Assembly: GCA_002730315.1 (NCBI GenBank)
Contig: PBZW01000065.1
Location: 30-64,029, forward strand
From: Fidelibacterota bacterium
GTDB lineage: Bacteria; Fidelibacterota; Marinisomatia; Marinisomatales; TCS55
Reading direction: 5' to 3'
Length of the DNA: 64,000 bases
The translations under genes were made by a program, and so were the position numbers. Shown here piece by piece: positions 1 through 10,154 of this stretch; position 1 is the first letter of the stretch, and each line of letters starts with the position of its first letter. Under the pieces are notes generated by a model that searched no databases, was not told the origin of the DNA, and saw only the letters and a list, made by a program, of their open reading frames with translations.

Positions 1-133
1 AATAGCCAATGATGGGTTCCACTTCAGAAATAATCTCGCCGTCCGTTTTCACTTTTAGACGTAAAACACCGTGAGTACTGGGATGCTGGGGCCCGATATT
101 CAGGGTCATTAGATCACCGTGAACTACTCCCAT
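1..133 (-). CDS. nuoD: NADH-quinone oxidoreductase subunit D (5' part only, runs off the window)
   Basis: Manual translation from ATG at 133: [44 protein letters not shown], containing the NuoD signature [13 protein letters not shown]; follows nuoC. Confidence 0.95.
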   Translation of the reverse strand, partial: MGVVHGDLMTLNIGPQHPSTHGVLRLKVKTDGEIISEVEPIIGY

Positions 134-825
134 CCGTCCTTCACCTTCGGTACAACAATGCCATGATACATTTCCTGGGTTTCATAATCCTTGCGCAAGG
201 GCCATCCTGCCCAATCCTCCGGGCATAGGATCCGGGTCATATTGCTATGACCTACAAATTCAATGCCGTACATGTCATACGTTTCCCGCTCAAACCAGTC
301 GCCAATCCGCCAAACCTGTTCCACAGATGGAATTTTAGAATCATTACGATCAATTTTAATGCGGATTTCAATGGCGTGGTGGTGGGTCATGGAATGGAGG
401 TTGTAACGCACCTCCAAATCTTCACTGGTACCATAATCATAACCCGTTACACACTGCAACGAATCAAAAAGGAAATCAGGATTATCCCGTAAATATTGGG
501 CAGCTTCGTACCACTGCTCCCCTTTCATCTGAATATGACCATTGACGTCTTCAGTATCCAATGATCCGGGGAATTTCTTTTCCAAGGCAACTGCCACTTG
601 AGCTGCAAATGTTTGTTCGGCCTGGGGTGCTTCTTCAGCCTTGGATTTTTCAGCACGTGGTGTTTCTTCCGCGACTGCAGCTTTGGCTTCTCTATTGGCT
701 TTGACCAATGCGGCTTTGGCCTTGGAGCGGGTGACGCGATCCTCAATATTATTGATCGCATCCATATCTCCCTGCAGCGCTTTTTCGACTGATTCTGCTA
801 TTAATTTATCCTGGTCCGAGCTCAT
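124..825 (-). CDS. nuoC: NADH-quinone oxidoreductase subunit C with N-terminal extension
   Basis: [17 protein letters not shown]...GWPLRKDY motif; lies between nuoB and nuoD. Confidence 0.95.
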   Translation of the reverse strand: MSSDQDKLIAESVEKALQGDMDAINNIEDRVTRSKAKAALVKANREAKAAVAEETPRAEKSKAEEAPQAEQTFAAQVAVALEKKFPGSLDTEDVNGHIQMKGEQWYEAAQYLRDNPDFLFDSLQCVTGYDYGTSEDLEVRYNLHSMTHHHAIEIRIKIDRNDSKIPSVEQVWRIGDWFERETYDMYGIEFVGHSNMTRILCPEDWAGWPLRKDYETQEMYHGIVVPKVKDGWE

Positions 826-1313
826 GCGATCTTTTTCGTCAGGGGGCGTTCAGCCTGGATCTTTTCCTGGAGTTTTAAGAGGCCTTCGATCAGCGCTTCG
901 GGACGGGGCGGGCAGCCGGGAATGTATACATCAACAGGCACTACTAGGTCCACACCTTTTAATACGTGGTAGCCGTACTGCCAATAGGGGCCGCCACTGG
1001 TGGCGCAGCTGCCCATGGCGATCACATACTTGGGATCGGCCATTTGTTCATATAGTTTTTTCACCCGTAATGACATTTTCATAGTCACCGTACCGGCCAC
1101 GATCATGACGTCCGCCTGCCGTGGTGAGGAGCGCGGTATCATACCAATGCGCATCAGGTCATAGCGGCTGGCAGCGGTGGCCATCATTTCGATGGCGCAG
1201 CAGGCTAGTCCAAACTGGAAAAACCATGGTGATGTGGATCGTGCCCAACCCAGTAGTTTATCCATGGATGCCACAACAACATTATCTTGAAATCTGTTCT
1301 CAAGGACTCCCAA
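822..1313 (-). CDS. nuoB: NADH-quinone oxidoreductase subunit B
   Basis: [27 protein letters not shown] and PGCPPRPE N2-cluster motifs. Confidence 0.97.
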   Translation of the reverse strand: MGVLENRFQDNVVVASMDKLLGWARSTSPWFFQFGLACCAIEMMATAASRYDLMRIGMIPRSSPRQADVMIVAGTVTMKMSLRVKKLYEQMADPKYVIAMGSCATSGGPYWQYGYHVLKGVDLVVPVDVYIPGCPPRPEALIEGLLKLQEKIQAERPLTKKIA

Positions 1314-1734
1314 CTGTTGTTCCTTCTTTTTCAGTTATAACTTTACGGTAGCGGCCGCTGGCATATTTTACGCGGTATTTCACCCAGTCCAGGTCACCCT
1401 TCTTCCAGACGTAGGCAAGGCCCACAATCAGGATCAGCAGGAATATGGACATTTCCACAAAAGCCAGCAGGCCCAGTTCCTGGAAGACAACAGCCCAGGG
1501 AAAAAGGAAAACAACTTCTACATCAAAAATGAGGAAAATGAGGGCGATAACATAGAAGCGGATATTGAATTGCACCCAGGCAGACCCTTCTGATTCTTCG
1601 CCGCATTCATAGGTGGAAAGCTTATCCGGTGTATGCTTTTTAGGCGCAACGAGCCGCTGAATAAGCAGCGGAACGTAGACCAAAACAATACCGATCAAGA
1701 TGAAAAGAAATATGGTTCCAAAGTCGCGGTACAT
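1300..1734 (-). CDS. nuoA: NADH-quinone oxidoreductase subunit A
   Basis: [26 protein letters not shown] and KKGDLDW motifs. Confidence 0.97.
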   Translation of the reverse strand: MYRDFGTIFLFILIGIVLVYVPLLIQRLVAPKKHTPDKLSTYECGEESEGSAWVQFNIRFYVIALIFLIFDVEVVFLFPWAVVFQELGLLAFVEMSIFLLILIVGLAYVWKKGDLDWVKYRVKYASGRYRKVITEKEGTTVGSP

Positions 1735-1866
1735 GTATAAAATCTCGTGAATTTCGAGCGCTAAATTTATACGTTCACATGCTCATCTTGCAAGGCTAAT
1801 TCCCTTTAGAAATGAGCAATTTTTGTGTTTGATGAGCCAGCAATGCTCCTGCTAAATTCAACGCCA

Positions 1867-2769
1867 ATGAACCCTTTGAATTACATACTTGCCGCTGCCC
1901 TTCCCCTTTTTCCGCGGTGGCTGGTTAAACCCTTTGCCAAACCCTATGTCGCTGGTGAATCTATGGTTGAAGCGTTGCAGCATATACAGGAATTGAACGA
2001 CATAGGCTTCGCTGCTACAATCGATATCCTGGGTGAACACGTACCAACAGCAGAAGAAGCCGCCGCAATAACAAAATCCTACACTGAAATTTTAACCGCC
2101 GTCGCAGACCAGGGACTGGACTGCAATATTTCCATCAAACCAACCCACATTGGCTTGGATGTACATTATGACACGGGACGGGACAACCTGTTCAGCCTAT
2201 TAGAAACAGCTGCGAATACGAATAATTTTGTGCGCATCGATATGGAAAATTCACCCTATACAGATGCGTCCATTAAATTGTATCTGGAGGCATTGGTTCA
2301 CTATAAAAACGTTGGCCCCGTTATCCAGGCTTACCTCTACCGCTCCTCGGATGATATGAGCAGGCTTAATGGTGCATCATTAAACGTACGCATTTGCAAA
2401 GGTATATACCGGGAATCAGAAACTATTGCCCTCCAGAAAAAAGTGGAAATCAACGCTCAATTTGTTGAACTGGTGAAAAGGGTATTAAACGGTGGCGGTT
2501 ATGTAGGTATTGCCACCCACGATGTTGCGTTGATCAATGAACTGGAAAACTGGATTATTGAAAATGAGATCGCACTTGAGCGCTTTGAATTCCAGGTATT
2601 GTATGGCGTACCCATGGGCGGGCGCCTGGAAGAATTATTGGCCAAGGGATATACCGTACGGCAATACGTTCCCTTTGGCGAAGAATGGTTTGATTATTCC
2701 GTCCGCAGGTTGAAAGAGAACCCCAAGATTATCACGTACGTGTTGAAGAACTTATTTAAAAAGGATTAA
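1867..2769 (+). CDS. Monofunctional proline dehydrogenase
   Basis: YVAGE, DILGE, SIKPT, VRIDME, RICKGIY, IATHD, EFQVLYG, YVPFG and RRLKENP motifs. ATG at 1867 preferred over GTG at 1825. Confidence 0.92.
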   Translation: MNPLNYILAAALPLFPRWLVKPFAKPYVAGESMVEALQHIQELNDIGFAATIDILGEHVPTAEEAAAITKSYTEILTAVADQGLDCNISIKPTHIGLDVHYDTGRDNLFSLLETAANTNNFVRIDMENSPYTDASIKLYLEALVHYKNVGPVIQAYLYRSSDDMSRLNGASLNVRICKGIYRESETIALQKKVEINAQFVELVKRVLNGGGYVGIATHDVALINELENWIIENEIALERFEFQVLYGVPMGGRLEELLAKGYTVRQYVPFGEEWFDYSVRRLKENPKIITYVLKNLFKKD

Positions 2770-2774
2770 GATTT

Positions 2775-3173
2775 GTGAATTCAATTACAACCATTCGAAA
2801 AATATTTGAGTTGCAGACCATTGCAGTTGTAGGCATGTCACCCAAGCCGGAGCGGCCCAGCCATTATGTCTCCATCTATATGCGGGATCAAGGATACGAG
2901 ATTATCCCGGTCAACCCCGGACATACGGAAATTGCCGGAGAAAAATGTTACCCCTCTTTAAAGGATATTCCAAAAAAGGTAGATGTGGTGGACGTTTTCC
3001 GGCGGCCGGAATATGTCCTGCCCATTGCCGAGGCCACCATCGAGATCGGAGCCAAAGCGTTGTGGCTACAGGATCATGTAGTCAATGAAGAAGCAGCTCA
3101 ACTTGCAGAAGATGCAGGGTTGCTGGTGGTCATGAATGATTGTATGCTGAGGAGGATCAGGCAAATGAAGTGA
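2775..3173 (+). CDS. CoA-binding protein (YccU-like)
   Basis: IAVVGMSPKPERPS, IIPVNPG, VDVVDVFR, ALWLQ and VVMNDC motifs. Confidence 0.9.
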   Translation: MNSITTIRKIFELQTIAVVGMSPKPERPSHYVSIYMRDQGYEIIPVNPGHTEIAGEKCYPSLKDIPKKVDVVDVFRRPEYVLPIAEATIEIGAKALWLQDHVVNEEAAQLAEDAGLLVVMNDCMLRRIRQMK

Positions 3174-3274
3174 CTTAAAATTAAAAAATAGTTATAAGGC
3201 TACTTCTTCTACGTTCCTTCGGCGGGCAGGCACTCACCAGCTACCAAATCACATTTACCATCTTCCATACTCCA

Positions 3275-4162
3275 TCATTCCCCTCTCTTCCCCCAACCCA
3301 TTTTCTGGCTCAAGACATCAAAATAATTTGTATCTGAAAAAATGACCATACGGGTCTTATAGTCTGCTTTTTGTATTGTAACTCTGGCTTCCAATTCCAA
3401 CGATTCCTGGACCTGCCCATCAACCGCCAGGGCCAACCCACCAGTAGGGTTATCAGGGAATGTGATTTCTATCGTTCTGTCATCGGGTAATACAATGGGG
3501 CGCAATGATAATGTATGGGGACAAATAGGTGTAACTACCATGGCATCCAGGTTGGGCATAACAACAGGGCCCCCTGCAGAAAGGGAATAGGCTGTGGAAC
3601 CGGTTGGTGTTGAAACAATCAGACCGTCCGCTTTATAATTGGCCACATGATTCCCGTTGGCAGTCAATTCACAATTGACCATACGGTGGGAAGAACCGCG
3701 GTCAATGGTTACATCATTCAGGGCATGGAAGCTGTGAGACTCATTACCGTTCTGTACTTTACAATCCAAAACCATGCGCTCCAGTATTTCATAATCCCCT
3801 TCTGCGACACGGTCCAGTTTAGCAAACATGTCATCTGTGGTTACTTCAGCAAGGAAACCGAGTTCGCCCAGGTGAATGCCCAAAATGGGTGTTTCGCGGT
3901 CACCGATTGCCCGTGACAAGGCCAGCAAGGTTCCGTCACCGCCCAGGGATAAAATAAGATCCAACTGCTTAAAGTCGTCCGCTGATTCGATGACCTTGTA
4001 GTCAAAATCAAAACCCTTTTCAGCTTTGGCAATGATGCGTGTTGTCAGAAAAATATCCAGCTCGTGCTTTCCAGCCCAGGCAGCAATGTCCGGAAGCAGA
4101 TCCCAGAATGCTGGTTTTTCGGTATTCCCCCAGATACCGACCTGTTTTGACTGGCTGGCCAT
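3275..4162 (-). CDS. nadK: NAD+ kinase
   Basis: LGGDGT, GELGFL, ALND and DGLIVSTPTGSTAYSLSAGGP motifs. Confidence 0.96.
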   Translation of the reverse strand: MASQSKQVGIWGNTEKPAFWDLLPDIAAWAGKHELDIFLTTRIIAKAEKGFDFDYKVIESADDFKQLDLILSLGGDGTLLALSRAIGDRETPILGIHLGELGFLAEVTTDDMFAKLDRVAEGDYEILERMVLDCKVQNGNESHSFHALNDVTIDRGSSHRMVNCELTANGNHVANYKADGLIVSTPTGSTAYSLSAGGPVVMPNLDAMVVTPICPHTLSLRPIVLPDDRTIEITFPDNPTGGLALAVDGQVQESLELEARVTIQKADYKTRMVIFSDTNYFDVLSQKMGWGKRGE

Positions 4163-4163
4163 A

Positions 4164-4367
4164 TTAATTATCCTTTTCCAGTTTATTCATCAATTCACCG
4201 ATCTTTTGTTCAGCACCAGATAATTGGCTGCGTAATTGTTCTGAAAGTTTGACACCTTCTTCAAATAATTGCAGACTTTTTTCCAGCTGGAGGTCTTCCG
4301 TTTCCATTTCCTTAACGATCTCTTCCAGTCGCTGGAATAATTCTTCAAATGATTTTTCTTTAGCCAT
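4164..4367 (-). CDS. xseB: Exodeoxyribonuclease VII small subunit
   Basis: SFEE..RLEEIV..ME...L.LE.SL.LFEEGVKL; adjacent to xseA. Confidence 0.95.
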   Translation of the reverse strand: MAKEKSFEELFQRLEEIVKEMETEDLQLEKSLQLFEEGVKLSEQLRSQLSGAEQKIGELMNKLEKDN

Positions 4368-4370
4368 AAT

Positions 4371-5597
4371 TCAACTTACACCTAAGTTATTATCCCTTTC
4401 AGTATTCTTTTCTTTGCGCGCCGACATGGTACCTTTGGCCAGCTGCAACTGGAACAATTCACCCTTTTCTAAATCTTCAGGACTGTGCATGATGCTGCCC
4501 GATTCAGCCGTAGCAATAGCATACCCTCGATCCAATATGTTTTTGGGATTCAAAATAGACAATTCCCCCGACAGCATTTCCAGGCGGTTCAGGTGTCCCT
4601 GCACTTTTGCAGATATTAACTGTTTCAATTCCGCGCTTAAAAATGTTTTCAAATCCCCCATGCGGGAAATCAATGCATCGGGGCGTTGGTGAATAAAGCG
4701 GTCCTGGAGGTGGTCCATTTTCTGCCATGTCTGTTCCAATTTATAACCGAGCGTTGCTCCAATTTTTTCTTCAAAATTACCTATTAATTGTAATAATTCA
4801 GTAATGCCTGGTGCGGCCAATTCCGCAGCTGCTGAAGGTGTTGGAGCCCGCAGGTCCGCCACCATATCGGCAATGGTCACATCTGTCTCGTGGCCCACAG
4901 CGGAAATGATGGGTGTGCGGCAATTAAAAATGGCGCGGGCGACTTTCTCTTCATTAAAGGGCCATAGATCTTCCAGGGAACCGCCGCCCCGGCCCAGGAT
5001 GATTAAATCCACATAACCGCTGTCATCCATTTCCCCAATTGCCCGAACAATATCCACCGCTGCGTCATCGCCCTGGACCAGCGTGGACCGCAAGACCAAT
5101 TCCACATAAGGTGCGCGGCGCTTTAAAACATTGATCATATCCTGAACTGCCGCACCGGTCTTGGATGTTATTAAGCCTATAGCAGTTGGTATCTTGGGCA
5201 GAGGTTTTTTGGTTTCATCAGCAAAAAGTCCTTCTGCCAAAAGCTGTTTCTTCAGCGCTTCAAAAGCCAGGAATAACGTTCCCAAACCCGCCGGTTCCAT
5301 CCGTGTAGCAATGAGCTGGTATTGCCCCCGGGGTTCGTAAACGGATATTCTGCCGTTGACTAAAACCTGCATCCCGTTTTTTGGTTTAAAGTGCAGGAAT
5401 TGGTTATTACCTTTAAACATAACACAGCGTACTTCAGCAGCATCATCCTTTAAGGTGAAATAAATATGACCGGAACCGTGGTGGATAAAATTTGAGATCT
5501 CCCCTGCCACCCATAGCTGGGGAAATGTGCCTTCCAGCAATTCCTTAATTTGCCTGGTAAGAGCACTTACAGTTAATGCTGTTTGTTCTGTGTTCAT
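4371..5597 (-). CDS. xseA: Exodeoxyribonuclease VII large subunit
   Basis: GEISNF, SGHIYFTLKD, RGGGSLEDLWPFNEE, SAVGHETD and RAPTPSAAAE motifs. Confidence 0.97.
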   Translation of the reverse strand: MNTEQTALTVSALTRQIKELLEGTFPQLWVAGEISNFIHHGSGHIYFTLKDDAAEVRCVMFKGNNQFLHFKPKNGMQVLVNGRISVYEPRGQYQLIATRMEPAGLGTLFLAFEALKKQLLAEGLFADETKKPLPKIPTAIGLITSKTGAAVQDMINVLKRRAPYVELVLRSTLVQGDDAAVDIVRAIGEMDDSGYVDLIILGRGGGSLEDLWPFNEEKVARAIFNCRTPIISAVGHETDVTIADMVADLRAPTPSAAAELAAPGITELLQLIGNFEEKIGATLGYKLEQTWQKMDHLQDRFIHQRPDALISRMGDLKTFLSAELKQLISAKVQGHLNRLEMLSGELSILNPKNILDRGYAIATAESGSIMHSPEDLEKGELFQLQLAKGTMSARKEKNTERDNNLGVS

Positions 5598-6457
5598 TTT
5601 GGAGGTTCAGGTGAACCGGCCGCCAGCCAGCATGAATACCAAAAGGAGGCCACCATCACAGCCGATCGGCCCAACCGGTCATGGACCACATCTTCAGTTT
5701 CAGCATAGAGCAATTTCAGATAGCGGTCTTCATAGTGCAGTTTTTTGTAGGTATTCAGCTCTTTAGCTTGTTCGGGAGTTAGGTGCTTTCTGGCTATGCC
5801 ATCAGCTTTTAACAAGCGGGGATAGACTTGAAAAGATTCACGGGTAATTTTCAAAGCTGATGATACATAATCGTCGATCTGCTGGATCTCACCCATGGGC
5901 TTGAATTCTGGAATGAGTTCATCCACCATCCGCGATTCCCAGCGGAAATGCACACCCTCGTTACCTGTGATTTGGCCGTTATAATTGGCGCAGGTGTGGA
6001 GGGGCATGTGCAGGTCAGCCACGTAATGGCCTAAATGTCCCATATAATAGAGTGCTTCATCCCAGCGCTTTTGCTTAAACATTTTTGTAAGTGTTTGGGC
6101 AGTTGCATCAATAGACCATGGGGCGATGCCCCAATTTTTCAGATTTTTTTCACCATACCTTTCTAATAATTCTTCAAACGAAATTTCCAATTCAGAAAAA
6201 GGATATTCAGCGTAGAGATCGGCATCAATAAAATGACGATTAAACTCATCGCTATGGACGTCTTTTATAAAATCAGCAACTGGTGCATACAGAGCTAATT
6301 GTGTTGCGTTGGTTTGTGTATACAGTCCAAGCTCGCCCTCCAAAAGCAGAGCCGCTTTTTGATTAATCCTCCTATGAACATCATACCCCCAGCCCCAGAC
6401 ATTACTGCCTGCGACCAAGGGAATGATCAATAGAATGGTTCGCAAAGTGCGCCCCAT
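5594..6457 (-). CDS. Secreted zinc-dependent phospholipase C / S1-P1 nuclease family protein
   Basis: Signal peptide, then W-G-x-x-x-H, plus HYVADLHMPLH and HFRWE trinuclear-zinc motifs. Confidence 0.8.
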   Translation of the reverse strand: MGRTLRTILLIIPLVAGSNVWGWGYDVHRRINQKAALLLEGELGLYTQTNATQLALYAPVADFIKDVHSDEFNRHFIDADLYAEYPFSELEISFEELLERYGEKNLKNWGIAPWSIDATAQTLTKMFKQKRWDEALYYMGHLGHYVADLHMPLHTCANYNGQITGNEGVHFRWESRMVDELIPEFKPMGEIQQIDDYVSSALKITRESFQVYPRLLKADGIARKHLTPEQAKELNTYKKLHYEDRYLKLLYAETEDVVHDRLGRSAVMVASFWYSCWLAAGSPEPPK

Positions 6458-6469
6458 GGGGTATAATTC

Positions 6470-6565
6470 TTATACTTTCTTTTTCTTATGACGATTAGCA
6501 CGCAAGCGTTTCTTACGCTTGTGTGTATTCATCTTACGCTTTTTGCGTTTTTTACCGCAGGGCAT
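6470..6565 (-). CDS. Small basic ribosomal protein, bS22/mS38-like (AURKAIP1/COX24 family)
   Basis: Not in the ORF track. Manual translation MPCGKKRKKRKMNTHKRKKRLRANRHKKKKV* (31 aa) resembles Bacteroidota bS22. Confidence 0.85.
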   Translation of the reverse strand: MPCGKKRKKRKMNTHKRKKRLRANRHKKKKV

Positions 6566-6574
6566 CTCTTACTT

Positions 6575-6865
6575 TCAATTAGTAGTTAATATTTCATTGA
6601 CGCGTTCCCGCATATGTTTGGCGGGTTTAAATGTCGGTGCATTACGCTCAGGTAAATAAATCGGTGCACCCGTTCCTGGATTACGCGCTTTTTTCGGCTT
6701 GCGGTGTTTTACACCGAAGGTACCGAAACCACGTAATTCCACGCGTTCGTTATCTGCCAGGGATTCAACGATGGCTGTCATGACACCGTTCATTACGGCT
6801 TCTGTTTCCACTTTGGTCAATCCTGTGGCAGTTGAAACTTGATTGATTATATCCTGTTTAGTCAT
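6575..6865 (-). CDS. HU/IHF family DNA-binding protein
   Basis: VELRGFGTF and ARNPGTG motifs. Confidence 0.95.
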   Translation of the reverse strand: MTKQDIINQVSTATGLTKVETEAVMNGVMTAIVESLADNERVELRGFGTFGVKHRKPKKARNPGTGAPIYLPERNAPTFKPAKHMRERVNEILTTN

Positions 6866-6892
6866 GGTTCATCTCCGAAATATGGTTATGCA

Positions 6893-8525
6893 TTATCCCT
6901 GTTTCACCCATAAAACAATTTTTTGTCCGGGGTATATATAACGCCCGTAAGCCAAATTATTCCAGCGCCTGATTTTTCCGGCGCGGGTGCCGTAATCTTC
7001 GGCAATATGGCCCAACGTATCTCCTGTTCTTACAGTATAAACAACCTTGATATGACCAGGCGGTCCATCGTGTGAGGCATACGCTCCCCGAATGGGAATG
7101 GTTAATTTTTGGCCTATTTTTATTTTATGCCTGTTGCGAATTTTATTTACAGCGGCCAGGTCGTGAATGGATACTTTATACTTTTTGGAAATGGAAGACA
7201 AACTCTCCCCTCGGCGGACCTTATGGACAACATATTGTGGAGCAAAACGCTGATCTTCAGGAAGGGCATGAAAATTTGCGGTGAATTGACCCAATGCACC
7301 TTTTGGGAGACGCAATATATAAGGTCCATTTTGTGGAGTAGCTGATTGACGTAATTCTGGGTTGTAATATTGCAGCGTTTTTAAAACTGGTACCTGCGGA
7401 ACGGGCTAATACGGATAAATCGGTGCTTTTTTCTAACTCAATGACGTCAAATTCAAACGGTGCTTTTCTTTTTTCTGAATACGTTTCAAAGCCGTGTTCT
7501 TCCGGGTTACTGGCAATGATCGCTGCAGCCAGGTAATAAGGAATATAATTGCGCGTTTCCCGGGGCAGTGAATGGAGTTGCCAGAAATCAGATGTCTGGT
7601 GCAGGCGCATGGCGCGGTGAACGCGTCCCGACCCAGAATTATAGGCCGACAAAGCTAAATACCAATGATCAAACTCTTCAAAAAGATCTTTTAAATGGGC
7701 ACAGGCAGCATAGGTGGCTTTAATGGGGTCACGACGTTCATCCACATACCAATCCCGTTTGAGATCATAAATTTTTCCTGTTGAATACACAAACTGCCAC
7801 ATACCTGAAGCGCTGGCCCTGGAGTATGCCTTCGGATTCAACCCGGATTCAATCATGGCTAGGTATACCAATTCTTCAGGTAATTCCTGTTCAGCCAGAA
7901 TTTCTTTGATCAGTCCACCATATTCATGCATGCGGTCCAGCCAGATCTGGAATTGTTTGCGTCCTTTGGTTTGAAAATATTGAATGAATTGATCCACTGT
8001 TTTAGTACGTACCAGGGGAATATGGCCATCACGGTCATCCACTACAATAAACTTGCTATTACCCATTTCCATTTCGACTGGTATGGAAATATCTTCGATC
8101 ATTCGGCGGGCATAGGCTGCTGTAATGGGTGCTTCTGCAAGATCCAAGGTGGTCAGTCGCTGGGTGTAAATATCATTCAATGAAGCAATGAAGCGGTCAA
8201 ATTCTTCCTGGTCGTCTGTAGTTTTTTCACCCAATTGATCTGCTTCGCCTAATAAATCATAAATGTTATCAAGGTAGTATATCACTTCCAAGGTATCCTT
8301 ATGCACATCGGCAATCATGGCTTCTGTCAGCAATACTTTTACATCCAAGAGCAACTGGGGCAGGCGGTTCACCGAACCATTGCCGTTGGAATAAATACCA
8401 TTGACCGCTACGCTATTTTCAGGACTCTTCGACAGAACAGTATCTTTGCCGGTTGAATCCTGGCTAAATAATATAACAACCGGTAAAAACAACAGCAGCA
8501 AAAATCGTGTAAATTCTTTAATCAC
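6893..8525 (-). pseudogene. mltD: MltD-like lytic transglycosylase with two LysM domains, split by one frameshift near 7380
   Basis: SLT motifs (IESG, GMWQF, AYNSG, ETRNY) are in ORF 7257-8525 and the LysM domains are in ORF 6893-7315. Removing one A from TTTTAAAAA (7378-7386) gives a continuous ...TSFKTLQYYNPELRQSATP... This could be a sequencing error. Confidence 0.8.
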
Positions 8526-8575
8526 AAGGTTTTAGGGCAAATTTTGGAAGGCGAAGTTAGACGCTAACACAGGGG

Positions 8576-9049
8576 TCAGTCAAGTGCTTTACCAGACAAA
8601 ATCCTGGAAATTATACTTGATGTGCTAACTCCCTCCACTAAGGGTATAATTTTCACTTCACCCCCATTGGATAACACTATATCACGGCCAACAATTTCAT
8701 CTTCCTGGTAGTCACCGCCTTTTACCAAAACGTTTGGCTGTAGTTCTGCAATCAATTCAGCTGGTGTATCTTCAACAAACTCCACTACAACATCCACACA
8801 ACCTAAAGCTTCCAAGATTACAGCTCTATCTTCAATACATTGAATTGGCCTGTGCTGCCCTTTCAACCTGCATACGGATTCATCGCTGTTCAGGCCGATT
8901 ATCAGTTTGTCACCGGTTGCCTTGGCCTCCTGCAAATATGTAATATGGCCACGGTGTAAAACATCAAAACAGCCATTGGTAAATACAACTTTCTGACCGT
9001 CATCCTGCCAGCTTTGGACTAATTCTTGAGCTTCAGTTATTGAAATCAT
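8576..9049 (-). CDS. rfaE2: D-glycero-beta-D-manno-heptose 1-phosphate adenylyltransferase (stand-alone HldE domain II)
   Basis: VFTNGCFDVLHRGH, GLNSDESV, LVKGGDY and STSSII motifs. Confidence 0.92.
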   Translation of the reverse strand: MISITEAQELVQSWQDDGQKVVFTNGCFDVLHRGHITYLQEAKATGDKLIIGLNSDESVCRLKGQHRPIQCIEDRAVILEALGCVDVVVEFVEDTPAELIAELQPNVLVKGGDYQEDEIVGRDIVLSNGGEVKIIPLVEGVSTSSIISRILSGKALD

Positions 9050-10154
9050 TATTCATCTTTTTCAAGGGACAGCATGAGCAAAAATAGGGCGTGCAGTATT
9101 CCTTTTCCAACTGCAGTAATCCCTGGAGATAACCAACAGTACATAACTCACGTTTCGTTAAGAATTGCTTATATTTCCTTTCCAAACGTCCGTATGGTTG
9201 TGGGAGTTTCAATTCCAGCCATGCTTTATACCATTTTTTGTATTGTGCATGATCATTTTTCCTTAATGCCCTAACTGCCAAAAGTGGATAAAAATAATTA
9301 ACACAACATTCTATCAAAACACCCCGTCCACCACTGGGGCAGACTGCAGTTAATCGATTTAAAAAAGTAAGCTGATTTATATCCATTTCCAGTTGTAGTT
9401 CAACATCAAAAGATATTAACTCAGCCAAAAGTTCATACCGCTTTTCCGGCCATTGAGCTGGTCGTATGCCGCAATGTTCCCAATCAATATTTTCAGCTTT
9501 ATTTTTTATATAATCTATCTTTTTACTGAATGGCAAGGCATTCAGTTCGGGGATGTTTAAAGCTGCTATTAAGCGCTGAAAGTGAATTTCGTTTCCTGCA
9601 CTGCCCAGGGGTTTTGCTAATTGCTCAAGAGCACGGCCTTTTCTGCAGGCCTCAACTTTTTCAACCCAGCGCATAGTACCCAGCTTTTGCAAGATTGCAA
9701 CAAAACCGGGGGTAATATTTTCATTACTTAACGAACAATACAATTGCAATCTTTTTGGTAAAACAACTGTGTGGCCTATAGGCGATTTTTTTGTGGATAC
9801 TTTTCTGACTACATGGAGAACAACATGTCTATAATGTATATCTCTATCATGCCCATGGCTGTACCAATCACGTTCATGGATATGGCATTCCACATCACCC
9901 TGAGACCATTGTCCGCCAATAAACAAAACAGCGCCTTTTATATCCGGTCCCTTATTAATATTTCGTTGGCCATGATTTACGATTATAAATGAGTTACCCC
10001 TTTGGGTCACCAATTGTTTTCCTTTTGGCAATGTGAACCATTGTCGAACAAGATCAACCTCTCTATCTTGGCCTGGCTCACGTACCGCCAGATAAGCGGC
10101 AGATTGATGTTCAGGGATCAGGTATTGGCTATAGGTGACTTTTGCGCGGCCCAT
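9033..10154 (-). CDS. DUF2851-like protein of unknown function
   Basis: GPD...GDVECH...DWYSHGH..D..Y..VVLHVV and a C-terminal CxxxxCxxC. Confidence 0.75.
   Translation of the reverse strand: MGRAKVTYSQYLIPEHQSAAYLAVREPGQDREVDLVRQWFTLPKGKQLVTQRGNSFIIVNHGQRNINKGPDIKGAVLFIGGQWSQGDVECHIHERDWYSHGHDRDIHYRHVVLHVVRKVSTKKSPIGHTVVLPKRLQLYCSLSNENITPGFVAILQKLGTMRWVEKVEACRKGRALEQLAKPLGSAGNEIHFQRLIAALNIPELNALPFSKKIDYIKNKAENIDWEHCGIRPAQWPEKRYELLAELISFDVELQLEMDINQLTFLNRLTAVCPSGGRGVLIECCVNYFYPLLAVRALRKNDHAQYKKWYKAWLELKLPQPYGRLERKYKQFLTKRELCTVGYLQGLLQLEKEYCTPYFCSCCPLKKMNNDFNN

Noticed and set aside
3195-3275. GC-rich CCTTCGGCGGGCAGG stretch as a REP element
   Set aside because: Only one copy was seen in the window and the palindrome is incomplete.
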